A model generated the notes under the pieces. It did no database searches. It had not been told where the DNA came from and saw only the letters and a program-made list of their open reading frames with translations. This document shows positions 26,081-39,308 of a stretch of 64,000 nucleotides of DNA, piece after piece. This DNA comes from Malacoraja senta (lineage: Eukaryota). The stretch spans positions 11,038,001 to 11,102,000 of the forward strand of contig CM075994.1 in the NCBI GenBank assembly GCA_038087875.1. The letters are read 5' to 3'. Made by a program: the position numbers and the translations under genes. The stretch's first letter is position 1. Each line of letters opens with the position of its first letter.

Positions 26081-29049
26081 TTTTTTTGTTGTTGTTTTTA
26101 ATATTTTTTTATTGGAGATACGTACACAACCTAGTTACATCATTACAGTCTTACATTTTTAAATTGATAATATTGTCAATTATTATTACATTGTCTCCAA
26201 TACCTTTTGCCTTTTAAAAAAAAAAACTAAATAGAACTAAAGAGAAAGATGAAGTAAAGAAAGAAAAGAAAGAGAAGAAAAACAAAAAATAAATAAATAA
26301 ATAAAGAAAAAAGAAAAAAGATAGTTAAAGAAGAATGGAAAAATTTATTAAAATAGAAAACTTCATTCGAGATATATTCGTACATTTCTAAATATAGCAT
26401 TTCATCCATTCTTTAGCCCGGGTGCTAGTCAGGTTCCTGTGCTGAACTGTTCTGACCCTTTAAGTAATCAATAAAAGGAGACCATGTTCCAACTAATAAT
26501 TCCTGTTTGTCCAACAGGGAGAATCTGATTCTTTCCACGTTTAATGTCTCCGTCATTTCTATAATCCACATTTTGATTGTGGGGGTCGTAGGGCCTTTCC
26601 AAAATTTTAGAATTAATTTTTTTCCTGTTATTAAACTATAATCAATAAAGTTTCTTTGTGTTGTTCTAAATGTTTGATTTAATTCTAATATTCCAAGTAT
26701 TATTAATTTTGGATCTGGGTCCAATTGTGTGCTGGTTACTTTAGATATTATACTGAAAATATTTACCCAGAATGTTTTAATTTTTATACAGTTTGCAAAC
26801 ATATGAGATAAGGTAGCTTCTAAATGTTGACATTTATCACATATAGGTGAGATATGTTGAAAATTTTTATGTAGTTTTGTTTTTGAATAATGTAACCTAT
26901 GTATTACTTTAAATTGTATTAGAGAATGTCTGGCGTTTAATGAACATTGATGTATGTGTTGCAAACTTTCTTCCCAAGTATCTTTGGTTATTATTTGATT
27001 TAATTCTTTTTCCCATGTTTGTCTGTGTAAGTCCGTCGATGGAATGTCACTGTCTAATAAGATATTATATATATAAGATATTAATTTTTCTGTATTAGGA
27101 TGTTTGTTCCAACATTCATCAAGAATTTCTGAATTTCTAATTCGAAAATTTTGAGTATTCGATTTTACATAATCTCTAAATTGAAGATATCTGAAATAAT
27201 CATTTCCTCGAAGTCCATAAGTCTGTTGCAACTCCTGAAATGTCAGAAAAGTGCCTTCCTTGTAAAGTTGTCCCATATTTTTAATTCCATAATTCTTCCA
27301 TTGTGTAAAACCCCCGTCCAACCATGAAGGCTTAAACAAAGGGTTATTCACAATTGGAAGAAAAAGTGATAAATTATCTAATTTTAATGTCTTTTTTAAT
27401 TGTTTCCAAATTCGTATAGCACTAAATATTATAGGGTTTTCCCTATAAATTTTTTTGTTTAATTTAGACGTAGCAAATAATATCGAACCGATATCAAAAG
27501 GTAAACAATCTTCCTTTTCCATTTTTAACCAGTCTGGTTGATGATCTATTTCTTCCAACCAGAAATTCATATTTTTAATATTAACTGCCCAGAAATAAAA
27601 CAAAAAGTTGGGTAAAACCAAGCCTCCATTTATTTTTGATTTACACAAATGTCTTTTGTTTATCCTATGATTCTTATAATCCCAGATAAAATCATTAACA
27701 ATAGAGTCCAGTTTAAAAAAAAAGTTTTTTGCCAGATATATCGGAATTGTCTGAAAAAGGTATAATATTTGCGGTAAAAAAATCATTTTTATGGCATTAA
27801 TTTTGCCAACCATTGAGATAGGAAGTGTTTTCCAGTATTTAATATTCTTATGTAGTTTATTCAGTAATGGTGGAAAATTTGCTTTAAATAATGATGTATA
27901 TATCTTAGTTACATAAATACCTAGATATTTAAATTTTTCCTTTACTATTTTAAATGGAAATTGTTGTATTATCTGTTTGTTATGTTCCCTTATTGGCATA
28001 ATTGCACTTTTATTCCAATTTATTCTGTATCCTGAAAGTGAACCAAATTGGGTTATTAGCTTTAATAAGTTTGGAATACTAATTTCTGGTTTTGCAATGT
28101 AAATTAATACATCATCTGCGTATAGAGAAATTTTATTCACTGTGTCCTTTGTGTTATATCCGTGTATTTCCGGATGCCCCCTGACTCTTTCTGCAAGTGG
28201 CTCAATAGCAAGCGCAAATAATAATGGAGATAACGGGCATCCTTGTCTACAACCTCTAGATAGGCTAAATTTAGATGACAACCTTTGGTTTGTAAATATT
28301 CTAGCCGTGGGATTTGTATATAACAGTTTTATCCATGTACAGAATTTCTCCCCTAGCTGCATATTTTCCATCACCGAAAATAAATAAGACCATTCGACCT
28401 GATCAAATGCTTTTTCAGCGTCAAGTGAGATTATTGCTAGATCTTCATTAATAATTCTCTTGGAATATATAATATTAAATAATCTTCTTAGATTATAATA
28501 TGAGTACCGTTTCAGAATAAAGCCTGTTTGGTCAGGGTGTATTAATTTATTCATCACTGTACTTAATCTATGCGCTAGTATTTTAGTTAATATTTTCTGA
28601 TCTGTATTTAAAAGTGCAATTGCTCTATATGATCCCGGGTCTTCCGGATCTTTATCAGCTTTAGGAATAAGTGTTATTATAGATTCATTTAAAGTGTCTG
28701 GAAGTTTCTGTTGAGTATAGATATACTCATACAGTCTTTGTAAACGTGGCCAAAGCAAATCATAATTTTTTAAATAAAATTCAGAGCCTAAACCATCTGG
28801 TCCTACTGCTTTACCATTTTTTAAAGAGCCAATAGACTCCTCAATATCTTTTATGGTAATCTCCCTTTCTAATAATTCTCTATCGTTTGAATCTAAACAT
28901 TTTAAATTACATTTTAGTAAAAAATCTGCTATTCCTTCTGATTGTCCTTCGGTTTTAGTTGAATAAAGGTTATGATAGTATTGGAGAAATCTATCATTTT
29001 TGTCCTTGGGCATTTTTAATAATTCTCCTGTCTCTGTTCTAATTTTATG
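26081..29049 (-). mobile_element. 5'-truncated L1 (ORF2 RT plus C-terminal CCHC region open to the stop at 26425; 3' UTR; A-rich tail)
   Basis: KAVGPDG, YRAIALLN, LDAEKAFD, RQGCPLSPLLF, LYADDV and CDKC..HMFANC. AATAAA at 26108..26113 (minus) followed by an A-rich tail at 26081..26107. Confidence 0.95.
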
Positions 29050-31709
29050 ACCTTGCAACTTCCTAGCACCCTCTTCGCATTTCACACTGCCACCTAGCTT
29101 TGTGTCATCTGCAAATTTGCTGATGTTACTTTTAATTCCATAATCCAATTCATTAATGTACATTGTAAATAGCTGTGGCCCCAGCAACGAGCCTTGCGGC
29201 ACTCCTCTCGCACTGTCTGCCATTCTGACAGGGACCCGTTAATTCCTACTCTTTGTTTCCTGCCTGCCAACCAATTCTCAATCCATGGCTTACCCTACCC
29301 TCAATACCAAGTGCTCCAATTTTGCCCACTATTCTCCTGTGTAGGACCTTATCAAATGCGTTTTGAAAGTCCAGATACACTGCATTCACTGGCTCTCCTT
29401 CATCCATTTTACTTGTCACATCTTCAAAAAATTCCGGAAGATTAGTCAAGCAGGATTTCCCCTTCATATATCCATGCTGACTTCGACCAACCCTATTACT
29501 ATCATCCTAATGCGCCGTTATTACTTTTTAAATAATTGACTCCAGCTTCACCCCCAACCACCGATGTCAGGCTAACTGGTCTATAATTCCCCGTTTTCTC
29601 TCTCGCTCCTTTCTTGAAAATGGTGATAATTTTAGCAACCCTCCATCAACAGGAACAGTTCCTGAATCAAAAGAAAATGGGGAAACGATCACCAATGCGT
29701 CAACGATTTCTGGAGCCACCTACTTGAGTACCGTGGGATGCCCAGACCATCAGGCCCTGGGCATTTTACAGCCTTCAGTCTCATCAGTCTACCCAATATT
29801 ATTTCTCGTCTAATGCACATTTATTTATGTTCCTCTGTCTTCCTAGATCCTCTGTCATCTAGTACATCTGGGAGATTGTTGGTGTCTTCCTTATTGAAGA
29901 CAGAACCAAAGTCCCTGTTCAACTCTTCTGCCATTTCCTTGTTCCCCATAATAATTTCACCTGTTTCTGTCTTCAAGGGACCCACATTTGTCTGTACTAA
30001 TCTTTTTCGCTTAACACACCTAAATACGCTTTTTACTATCCTTCTTTATATTATTGGCAAACCTAACTTCGTACTTCATCTTTTCACCCCGTATTGCCCT
30101 TTTAGTTACCTTCTGATATCCTTTGAAAGTTTCCAAATCCTCTGGCTTTCCTCTACTCTTTGCGATATTATACTTCTTTTCTTTGAGTTTTCTACCGTCC
30201 CTAACTTCCCTTGTCAGCCACGGTTGCCTATTACTCCCCATTAGAATCTTTCTTCCTCTTTGGAATGAAATGATCCTGCATCTTCTGGATTATGCCCAGA
30301 AATACCTGCCATTGCTGTTCCATCGTCATTCCTGCTAGGATCCTTTTCAAGCCGACCTTGGTCAGTTCCTCTCTCATGCCTTCATAGTCCCATTTGTTCA
30401 AATACAACACTGACAATTCTGATTTAACCTTTTCCCTCTCGAATTGCAGATACAACTTATCATATTAGGGTCACTACCCGCGAGCGATTCCTTTACCTTG
30501 AGTTCCCTTATTAAATCTGGCTCATTAGACAACACTAAATCCAGAATTGCCTTCTCTCAGATAGGCTCCAAAACAAGCTGCTCTAAGAACCCATCTCGGA
30601 GGCACTCTACAAACTCCCTTTCTTGGGGTCCAGACTCAACCTGATATTCCCAGTCTGCATATTGATATCTCCCATAACCAAAGTGGCATTACCTTTGTCA
30701 CATGACATTTTTAACTCCTGCTGCAACTTGTACCCTATACCCCGGCTACTGCGTGGGGGCCTGTAAATAGCTCCCATTAGTGTCTTCTTACCTTTACAAT
30801 TCCTCATTTCCAGTCCCTATGTCGTCCCTCGCAAGGGTCTACTTTTCATCCCTCACCAACAGAGCTACCCCACCTCCTCTGCCCACCCGCCTGTCCTTTC
30901 TGAAGGACGTATAACCCTGAATACTCAGTTCACAACCCTAGTCCTCCTGCAGCCATGTATCTGTAATCCCCACAATGTCATATATACCAATCTCTAACTG
31001 AGCCTCGTTCATCCACTTTATTTCTTATACATCGCGTATTCATATATAATGCTTTTAAACCAGAAAACTGTTAATCAGTCTGCAGTCTTATAGGGATTGA
31101 ATAGTCAAGTTTCTCGTCTATATTTCGGGTGACATTACTGATGAGGAATATCGTGATACACACTTCCCTAGAAACATCTATAAGATTACCATGCTTCCTC
31201 AGCTAATGATATCTCTCGGCATTCATGGCCTTAATGTCGATTCATTAATTTGTATCACAACAATCACCTGCATTGTCGCCAAAAAATGGCCACACAATAT
31301 CACGTATCCATGATGACTGTGAAGGATACTCAAATAAAAATCCTGGCAGGAATTCTCTTTCCACCTTTATATGGAACGTGATTATTTTGGTTTCTGAAGG
31401 GCAGCCAACTGCAATTCCCAGCAACGGCACAGTAAGATTTAATTTTCACGTTATCTGAATTATTTATTTTGCTTGCAACAATTGTCATTGCCGATAGTAC
31501 TCCGCACGCACGCAATATGATAAATTCGAAAGTAACAGCGCAGTAAGCGGATTATGGTGTACTGTCTATTTTTGTGTTCAATGTTTCGAGGACAAATGTT
31601 TCAGAAAACACAGACACCGGAGATTAAGATTGAGTTTGGAGATTGACGGATCGAGATCCTTCATCCGGACTGAGATTGCACGAGTGCAGATCAAGTGAAA
31701 TCAGTCTAA

Positions 31710-31870
31710 GCATAGAAACATAGACAATATATACAGGAGTAGGCCATTAAGCCCTTTGAGCCAACACCGCCATTCAATACAAATATGGCTGATCATCCAG
31801 AATCAGTACCCCGTTCCTGCTTTCCCCTCCATATCCCTTGATTCAGTTAGCCCTAAGAGCTATATCTAAA
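31710..31870 (-). mobile_element. CR1-like 3' end fragment
   Basis: CATAGAAACATAG tail and GGCCATT..GCACCGCCATTCAAT-like motif shared with 16550 and 24560. Confidence 0.75.
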
Positions 31871-33948
31871 TGGTGAGACGGGATATGAGATTGCGAAATT
31901 CCGATTTATCTATTTCTTAAAACCATTCAATTATTTTCAAAAATGTAGTTGTTCCTACAGTGAATGTTGTTCTTTTTGCAATAATAATGTTATATCTAAC
32001 TGATTACTGATATCCGACCAATTTCGGGTCAACCAGCATCTGGGGATGGAGTTGACGTTTCGGGTAGAGACTCTTCTTCAGATAGTTTGAAGAATGATCC
32101 CGACCCGAAATGTCAATATGTCTGCGTCCTTTAGCGTTTTTCTAATTATCCATTAGTTGCCCGGTCAAATTACATTTACTTTTAAAAAAAACTTTTAAGA
32201 AGATTATCTCCGTCGTCCTTGTTCTATGCGCGTAAGAGGCGTTTTCTGAATTACAATCCGTATTTTAATAAACCAAACAAATTGGATCGCCGACTCTGTG
32301 CGAATATCGTTGCACTTCACATTTCGGGAGTGATGTAAACATTTATATCCAAATTCCAAATATATCCATAATGTCTTTTAATAGGCAGGCTAACAGGAAG
32401 GTCAAGGATTTGAATCTAGAACGGCAAATATTTTTTTAAGCGGGATCCTGTGCGGATCCTTCAGTCGGACAAAATCTATTTTCTGCTTAAATTTAGCAAA
32501 CACCCCAGTCACCTACTGAAGTCTAATAATATCTCATGGAAACCTTAATGCTGCTATGAGCATTGCAAAAGAAAGGAATTATGAGTGGTTTCTTTTTAAT
32601 GTAATATTTTGTCGTTATTCTTATGGATAACTGTCGTTAACACATTTTGCAATCAACTTAAAACGAGAAGCAATACATTATGTTTTAGTTATTTCCCCAC
32701 AAAGCATTCTTGGCTAAGACATTCACTAATTTCTTGTGAACTCTTATTCCCTTCTTTAGTTGAACAACTGTTGCTCTTCATTCGTTTTTGCTAATTGAGA
32801 TACGGAGGTTTAAACATACATCTGAAATCTATAATGATTCAGATATGTTGAAACTGTGCTACGTTGGTAAATAACAGACTGATTGAGATGCTTGGAATAT
32901 TGTACCAGTGTTATTGTAGTTGTGAATATGTGCAATGTATTCGTATTGAAATCCTAAATTCTGCATCTGTTGAGATGTACAATGGTGAGTTCGGCTCAGG
33001 AAACTATTAGGACCAGGGCAAACCTACACGCCTCCCGATGCAGAGCAACACAATCTAAACAATAACAACGTGTTAATTGGAAATCTGAAATAGTGACAGA
33101 AAATGGTGCAATAGAAGTAGCTAATATTTCGTGTCCGATACCCTTGGCCCAGTTCCCCAGAACTGCGGAAAAAAAGAAGGGATATTTGTCTCTGTAGTAG
33201 AGTTGAAACGTGATGGCAATGAGTGTAATAAAATAGCCTTATCTGTTAATGTGAAGTAATGCAACCATCAGGATCAGTTATGGCAGAGATCAAACTGGAT
33301 TAAGTGAACAAGTACAAGTACCTGGTCCTTCACAGAAGCAACAATTGTGCGTTACCTTTACGCATAATCTGCTAATTTTACCGAAATAACTTGGAACTCT
33401 GTCTATGATGAGAAGCATCTGGGCATCGCGTTCTTCGCAGTGTTGCCATCACCGATGGTCGGTGCGCTCAGGATGGGTCGACTGACGTGCTTCTGTGTTG
33501 TATGTGCCCATGGCCCCCGTGACACATAATAATTCCAATCTCTCAATTACCTTTACGGGAAATCCTGTTCCCGACATCAATTGCCTCCCGAACACAGTTA
33601 AAATTCAACGATCTTCCACTGCCAGTATCTTTTGAAGTCAAGAAAATAGAAAAACCTCTAAATATACATGTCCCGAAACCATCTTGATGTTCAGGGAACG
33701 TGACTTAGAAAAAAAAGGGTTACTTCGCTCCATCTTCCTCACACAGCGACATTTCAGAAGCGCATAATAAACAAACAACACTCGGCTGATGGTAACGAGA
33801 AAAATTAAACCTTGCATCAAACAGATCCCTATCAATCCCAACCATCCCTTTCGACATCCCCGCAGAGACAACGTACTCCTCCTATTATCATCTTGTTTCA
33901 TGCATCTTGGCTGCCTCTTGACGAATTCGGTCAGCCAGATTGATAATT

Positions 33949-34608
33949 CGTCGCGGAGCTGCGAGCTCTCGCCGGGGGTCGCAGGAGAGAAGCGCTCCGA
34001 TCGCTGGCCCGCGGCAGCCTGAAGCCGCGGTCTGCAGAGCTCCAGCCGGCGCGGCGTCCTGGGCCTGGGATCCCTTGTTGGGGACCCGGGAGGAGAGGAG
34101 CTCCGACCGCCGGCCCGCGGCCAACTTCTACCGCGGGCGCGGCGTGGACTTACCATCAGGAGCGAGGTCCCTCGCCGGGGACCCCTGGAGCGGAGCTCCG
34201 ACCGCGGACCATGCGGTCTGCGGTGCTTCCTCATGCGGTGCGGCGTGGACTTTTGATCTTCGACCGCCGGCCTGCGGCCTACACCAACCTGAGGCCGCGG
34301 TCTCCGTTAGCGAAGCACCGATTTAGGACTTACCTGAACATTACATTGTCTACACATATGGACGCCCGCAGCGGCGACTGTGGAGGGATGAGGTCCCGAC
34401 CACGGGGGAAATGGAGGAGGACTGGACAATTTTGTGCCTTCCACCACAGTGATGAATGTTTATGTTATGGATGGATGTGGTGGATGTTTATGTTAACATT
34501 TTATTGTGTTTTTATGTGTTCTTTTTTCATCGTACCGCTGTTGGCAAATTCATTTCACTTGCACTTTATGTGCAAGTGGCGAATAAAACTGATTGTATTG
34601 TATTGTTA
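33949..34608 (+). mobile_element. GC-rich non-coding SINE-like retroelement (5'-truncated) with hairpin, AATAAA and (TTGTA)n tail
   Basis: Core homologous to the reverse complement of 36440..36720. 3' hairpin CACTTGCAC-TTTAT-GTGCAAGTG (34556..34578). Confidence 0.7.
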
Positions 34609-34610
34609 CA

Positions 34611-34900
34611 TCTATATTACTAAAACTAAGGTCTTGACCACTTTCGTCTCTCTGTTTCGCGATTTCCGAGAGAACGCCGCCATTTACGGCCGTTATTTTT
34701 GGCCACCACGCTCAGACTCCCCCTCCGCCCGATTGGACTGGAGGATTTTTCCCATCGATGAAAAATAGAGACTTATTAATGTTTTAAAAAATATCGCCAT
34801 TCTTTCTGCGGCCCCCGCTGGCGGCAGGGGGGAGGGACTATAAAACCCGGAAGATAGCGAGGTACGGCTCCCGTTAAAATTGCGAATTTGCCCGATCTGT
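34611..34900 (+). mobile_element. 5' fragment of a related Helitron-like element
   Basis: A|TCTATATTACTAAAA..TCTTGACCA..GAGGATTTTTCCCATCGATGAAAAAT parallels the 5' end at 17307. No 3' CTAG or hairpin found. Confidence 0.6.
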
Positions 34901-35254
34901 TGAAATTTCACAGTAATGTACCAATGATCTCAATTCTGTATTGGTTTGAACGGAATAGGTCAATCCTATGCAACCAAATTAATTTGATAAGAGACAAATT
35001 ATCCATATGTATCTTGTTCCCCATATTTGTTACATGCACAAATCTTGCGATGAAATGGGATATTTTGAACATTCGAGACAATTTGGATGTCTCTACAACT
35101 TCAATGTTGAAACCTGTTGTGATCAATGCACTGCGAATGCATTTACGGTGGCGTGAAGATGATCAGGCAATCATGTAGTACCTTCTCCAAGGTCTGTGAT
35201 ATGTGCCGCCGCTTTGTGTGGATTACCCATTGTATCCTTAATAACATCTGAATA

Positions 35255-35645
35255 GACAAAATACAATAGACAATAGCCAATCGGCCCTTCGAGCCAGCAC
35301 CGCCATTCAATGTGATCATGGCTGATCATAGCCAATCAGTACCCCGTTGCTGCCGTCTCCCCATATCCCCTATCTTTAAGAGCCCTATCAAGCTCTCTCT
35401 TGAAAGTATCTGGAGCACCGGCCTCAACCGCCCTCTGAGGCCGAGAATTCCACAGACTCACAACTCTCTGTGTGAAAAAGTATTTCCACACGTTCCAAAT
35501 GGCTTACGCCTTATTCTTAAGCTGTGGCCCCTGGCTCTGGACACCCAATATCGGGAACATTTCGCGTCTCTAGCATGTCCAAACCCTTAATAATCTTATA
35601 TGCTTCAATTAGATCCTCTCTTATCCTTCTAAATCCCAGAGTATA
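35255..35645 (-). mobile_element. CR1-like 3' fragment
   Basis: Homologous to 16550..16940. Confidence 0.8.
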
Positions 35646-36311
35646 CGTCAGAATATTTCAAAGGAGCAGCAAAATTGAGCTCTTCAAATGACCGGAATAT
35701 TTCTCACGGCAGGAGTAATTTTCCATGCAATCAACTCAGCATGGTGAATATTAAAAGCAAGAGTCGGCCATCTGGCTGCTTGTCTATTCATCAGGATGAT
35801 GTCTGATTTTGGATGTCAGCTCCACCCATCCGTTACTTCCCTCATATTTCATAATTACGTAAAACGCCGAGATTATAGTTGGTTTTAATGCCACGCTGGC
35901 CATTATTTCAGTAATGTTCAAGCAGTAGCGCGGGGATCAGCTTCTTGGAATGATTTTAATCAGTTTCTTTGCAAGCTAATTTGGTTAACACGGTTTAACA
36001 GCTGACATCCCAATAGCGCAGAAGGCAGAGTCACTGATTTTCAGAGTCAGAGCGGGCATCTCTGGATGTCAAACCGGATGGCATCACCCTGCTGCGGACT
36101 TCTGCTGACTCAAACGCAAGAGGAAGAAGTCATCCGGAGACGTTGTCTGACCATCTAACATATTCCGATACATTGTATCTTTTTTTGGTAATATCGCATC
36201 CGCAATTCCTCGTATCTGCAAATTTTATGTGTACTTGATGGGCTCAAAGGCTCGTGTTAGTGTTGCATCCCAATTATATTTGACTCAGTGTGCCACCCCA
36301 CCATTTAATAT

Positions 36312-37010
36312 GTTATATTATAGCCGTTCCCGCAACTAACCTACAGCAGAGAGGTATTAAGAAAAGTAGAAAAAAACAGAAGGGGAAGGAACAGGAAAAG
36401 GATTTTAGTGCAACATAGAAGATATTATGGGAACGAAGATTTAAAGTCCCCGCCGCGCCGCAGCCAGAAGCACCGCAGACCGCAGGGCCGGCGGTCGGAG
36501 CTCCCCTCCTGGGGCGAGGGTAAGTCCACGCCGGGCCCGCGGTAGATGTTGGCCGCGGGCCGACGGTCAGAGCTTCTTCTCCTCCCGGGTCCCCACGAGG
36601 GATCCCAGGCTCCGCACGCCGAGCTCCGCAGACCGCGACTTCAGGCTGCCGGCTGCCGCGGGCCAGCGTAACGGAGCGCTCACCTCCGGCGAGCCCTGGT
36701 GAGGGCTCGCCCGGTCCACGCCGAGAGTCCGCGCTGCGCCCGCCGCTGAAGCCCCGGGCGCGTCTCCGGGAAAGGCCGCCCAATCCTCGATGTTAGGCCA
36801 CGGGGGAGGCGAGCTGGAAAAAGTCGCCTCTCCGTGGAGGAGGCGACCGAAACGGTTTCCCTGCTTACCACCTCACCCCCACACCACTCCCCACACAAGA
36901 CACACAAAGAAACATTAAAAACATACATTAAAACACACTTAAAATAAGAAACAAAAGTTGAAAAGACTACCAAGCTGCTGACAGGGTTGCCGGCTTGCAG
37001 CGCCCCCACC
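36312..37010 (-). mobile_element. GC-rich non-coding retroelement related to 33949..34608
   Basis: Shared core (GGAGCTCCGACCGC..GCGGTCTGCGGTGCTTC). Its 5' part resembles the start of 17941 (GG(C/G)GGCGCTG then a T-rich tract). Confidence 0.65.
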
Positions 37011-37454
37011 GATAAAGTTTATCATGTCGATAAAGTCAACGAAGGTAGGGAATAGTCCCACATACACCTATTTGTTTTGTGTCATAAAAGTGTATTTTGC
37101 TGCGCTCAAAACGAGATGGACGTTATTCCCTAATGAGCAGTGTCGACGTTAAATGGGGAGATTTACTGGATGCGATTAATTTCGTCAAGCATTTTATTTC
37201 AAATGCTAACCATTCAGCTTAATTGCCCTGAATACGGAAGCTATCCTTTTGGCACTGATTTGTAGTTCCAGTTTGACGAAACATAGATATAATATACAAT
37301 GTAATATTACTGTTTGACACAGATCTGCAAAAATTACTGCCAGAAATGCAAAAGGTTTTTGAATTATTGGGGAATCGATTGCAGGATAAAAAAAATACAA
37401 CAAACTATTTTTGGTGTCAAAATCACAACTGTCATTTTATCACGATCAAATAAA

Positions 37455-38572
37455 AGGAGTGATCAATATTAATCAATATTTTAAATATTTTCAAATCCGT
37501 GACTATTTGAAAAAATATACACAAGAATATCAAAATTTGTCTCCAGACCTATTAGACGAAGCAATGAATATAAAGGCGGAATCAACTAATTTAATATCAT
37601 ACTTGTATAATATCATCCTAAATATAGAAATGCCATCATCCGATAGAATTAGAAGAGATTGGGAACAAGAACTAGCTATAAAAATCTCGAAAGAGAGTTG
37701 GGATAAACACTTGCTATATGTGCACAAATGCTCGATCAATGTAAGACATATTCTAATCCAATTTAAAACTTTACATAGACTATATTACTCAAAAACTACA
37801 AGAAGTAACTTTTTTCCAAATGTCTCCCCCATCTGTGATATATGTCTATCCCAAGAAGTAACTATAGCACATTCCATTCTTTTTTGTATAAAAATCCAAA
37901 CATTTTGGAATTAAATCTTTGAAATGTTAAAAAAATTATTTAAAATAAAACTGAACCCGAACGCAGAATTTTTTATTTTTGGAACAATGGAAGCCAGCTT
38001 TGATCTGACTTCGTTCCAAAAGAGCTTCCTTAATTACGGCTTAATAATGGAAAAAAAGACATACTTAAATTCTGGAAAAACGCTCCCACACCAACGATAA
38101 ACATGTGGATTTCAAATATGTCCGAAATGTTACACCTGGAAGACATGAGATTCCTCCTAGCAGGCAAATCAGACCATTTCCAAAAGATTTGGTCTCCATT
38201 TATCGACTTATTACAAGCATAGGGTGCAACATAACTTTGAAAATAAATGGTTTCAGGATCTGGTGAGGGGTGTGTAAAGATACGAAGTAGGTACATCCCT
38301 TTTGTCTTATGTTACTTTCTTATATCTTCTGTTCTCTATTTCTCTCTTTCTTTTTCTTTGGTTTTCTTTTTAACTCTTTCTCGTGTTTTACGTTTCCACG
38401 GGTTTCTCCTGATCACTCTTTCACGCACTTACTATCTTATCTAACTCTCTATTTTTCTTATTTTTTAAGTTTAAAACAAGAAGTGGTACAGGGAATGTAT
38501 TATGTTATTTTTTGGCTTATATCACTGTAATGTACATTACTTCTAATAAATAAAATATTTAAAAAAAAGAGA
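37455..38572 (+). mobile_element. 5'-truncated L1 (ORF2 C-terminus, 3' UTR, poly(A)), related to the L1 at 49738..55782
   Basis: NQYFKYFQIRDYLKKYT..RRDWEQELAIKISKESW..CDICLSQ. AATAAA and A-tail at ~38545..38570. Possible TSD ATCAAATAAA (37445..37454 / 38573..38582). Confidence 0.9.
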
Positions 38573-39308
38573 ATCAAATAAATTTCTCCATGGCGAAATT
38601 TAAGGGGTTTTTTTCAAATACGGCCACCGTTATCTGGTAATATCAGCGACGGCGGACATCAATGCTGTGATAACCATGTAACCTTACATTCACTGAGCAC
38701 ATTTCTCACACTTATTTCTCGATTATACTTGCATAATTCAAAGGCCTCCATAACGATTTGTTGTACAGCAATTGTTTGGTTTCTGTTAAGAAAACATACC
38801 TGGTAGTTGTTACTGTATTATAACAAAGTGAGAACATACCAGGATAGTTTAAGCATAAAAATAATCTGGTAATAAATATAAACGATAGTATAATATTTTC
38901 TGAAACCCGCAGCTTTAACGTCTGAAATTAATCTGCAGCTATATCACAACGTGACCTGTGATCGAAATTCTTAATGCGTACCGACCACTGTCCTTATCAA
39001 TCTAATCATTCTCACAGTTGAATCACGCCAGCACAGTTATTGTTGCTCCAGAGGAAATTTGAAAGATAACGAAAAATCCCTAATAGCGTTGGTTACTCTA
39101 ATATCCATTTCGTGCATTTCGTGTATGCCCCATTTAGTGCATAAATTATGGATAATAGGCAAGAGATAGAAACCGTATCCTGATTATTATTCATTCCATA
39201 GATTGAATTAAAAAACTGTGGATAAATGAGCAATGGAAATAATGCAACATGTGGAAGAAAGACAATTTACAAGATACGTTTTAATGCAATTCCCTTTATT
39301 CTTTGCAG

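Larger units (their letters stand above)
24555..31040 (-). mobile_element. CR1-clade LINE (degenerate ORF2), interrupted by an L1 insertion at 25407..29049
   Basis: 3' tail ACATAGCAACATAG at ~24555. Fragments QGDLDRLSE, GVPQGSLLGP..KFADDTKL, KSCLTNL..YLDFQNAFDKV and GAIYRPP. The two halves join collinearly across the TSD. Confidence 0.9.

Noticed and set aside
37206..37403. FFYPAI.. ORF as the missing exon 1 of the pseudogene
   Set aside because: Wrong strand and no GVP+G|GT donor.
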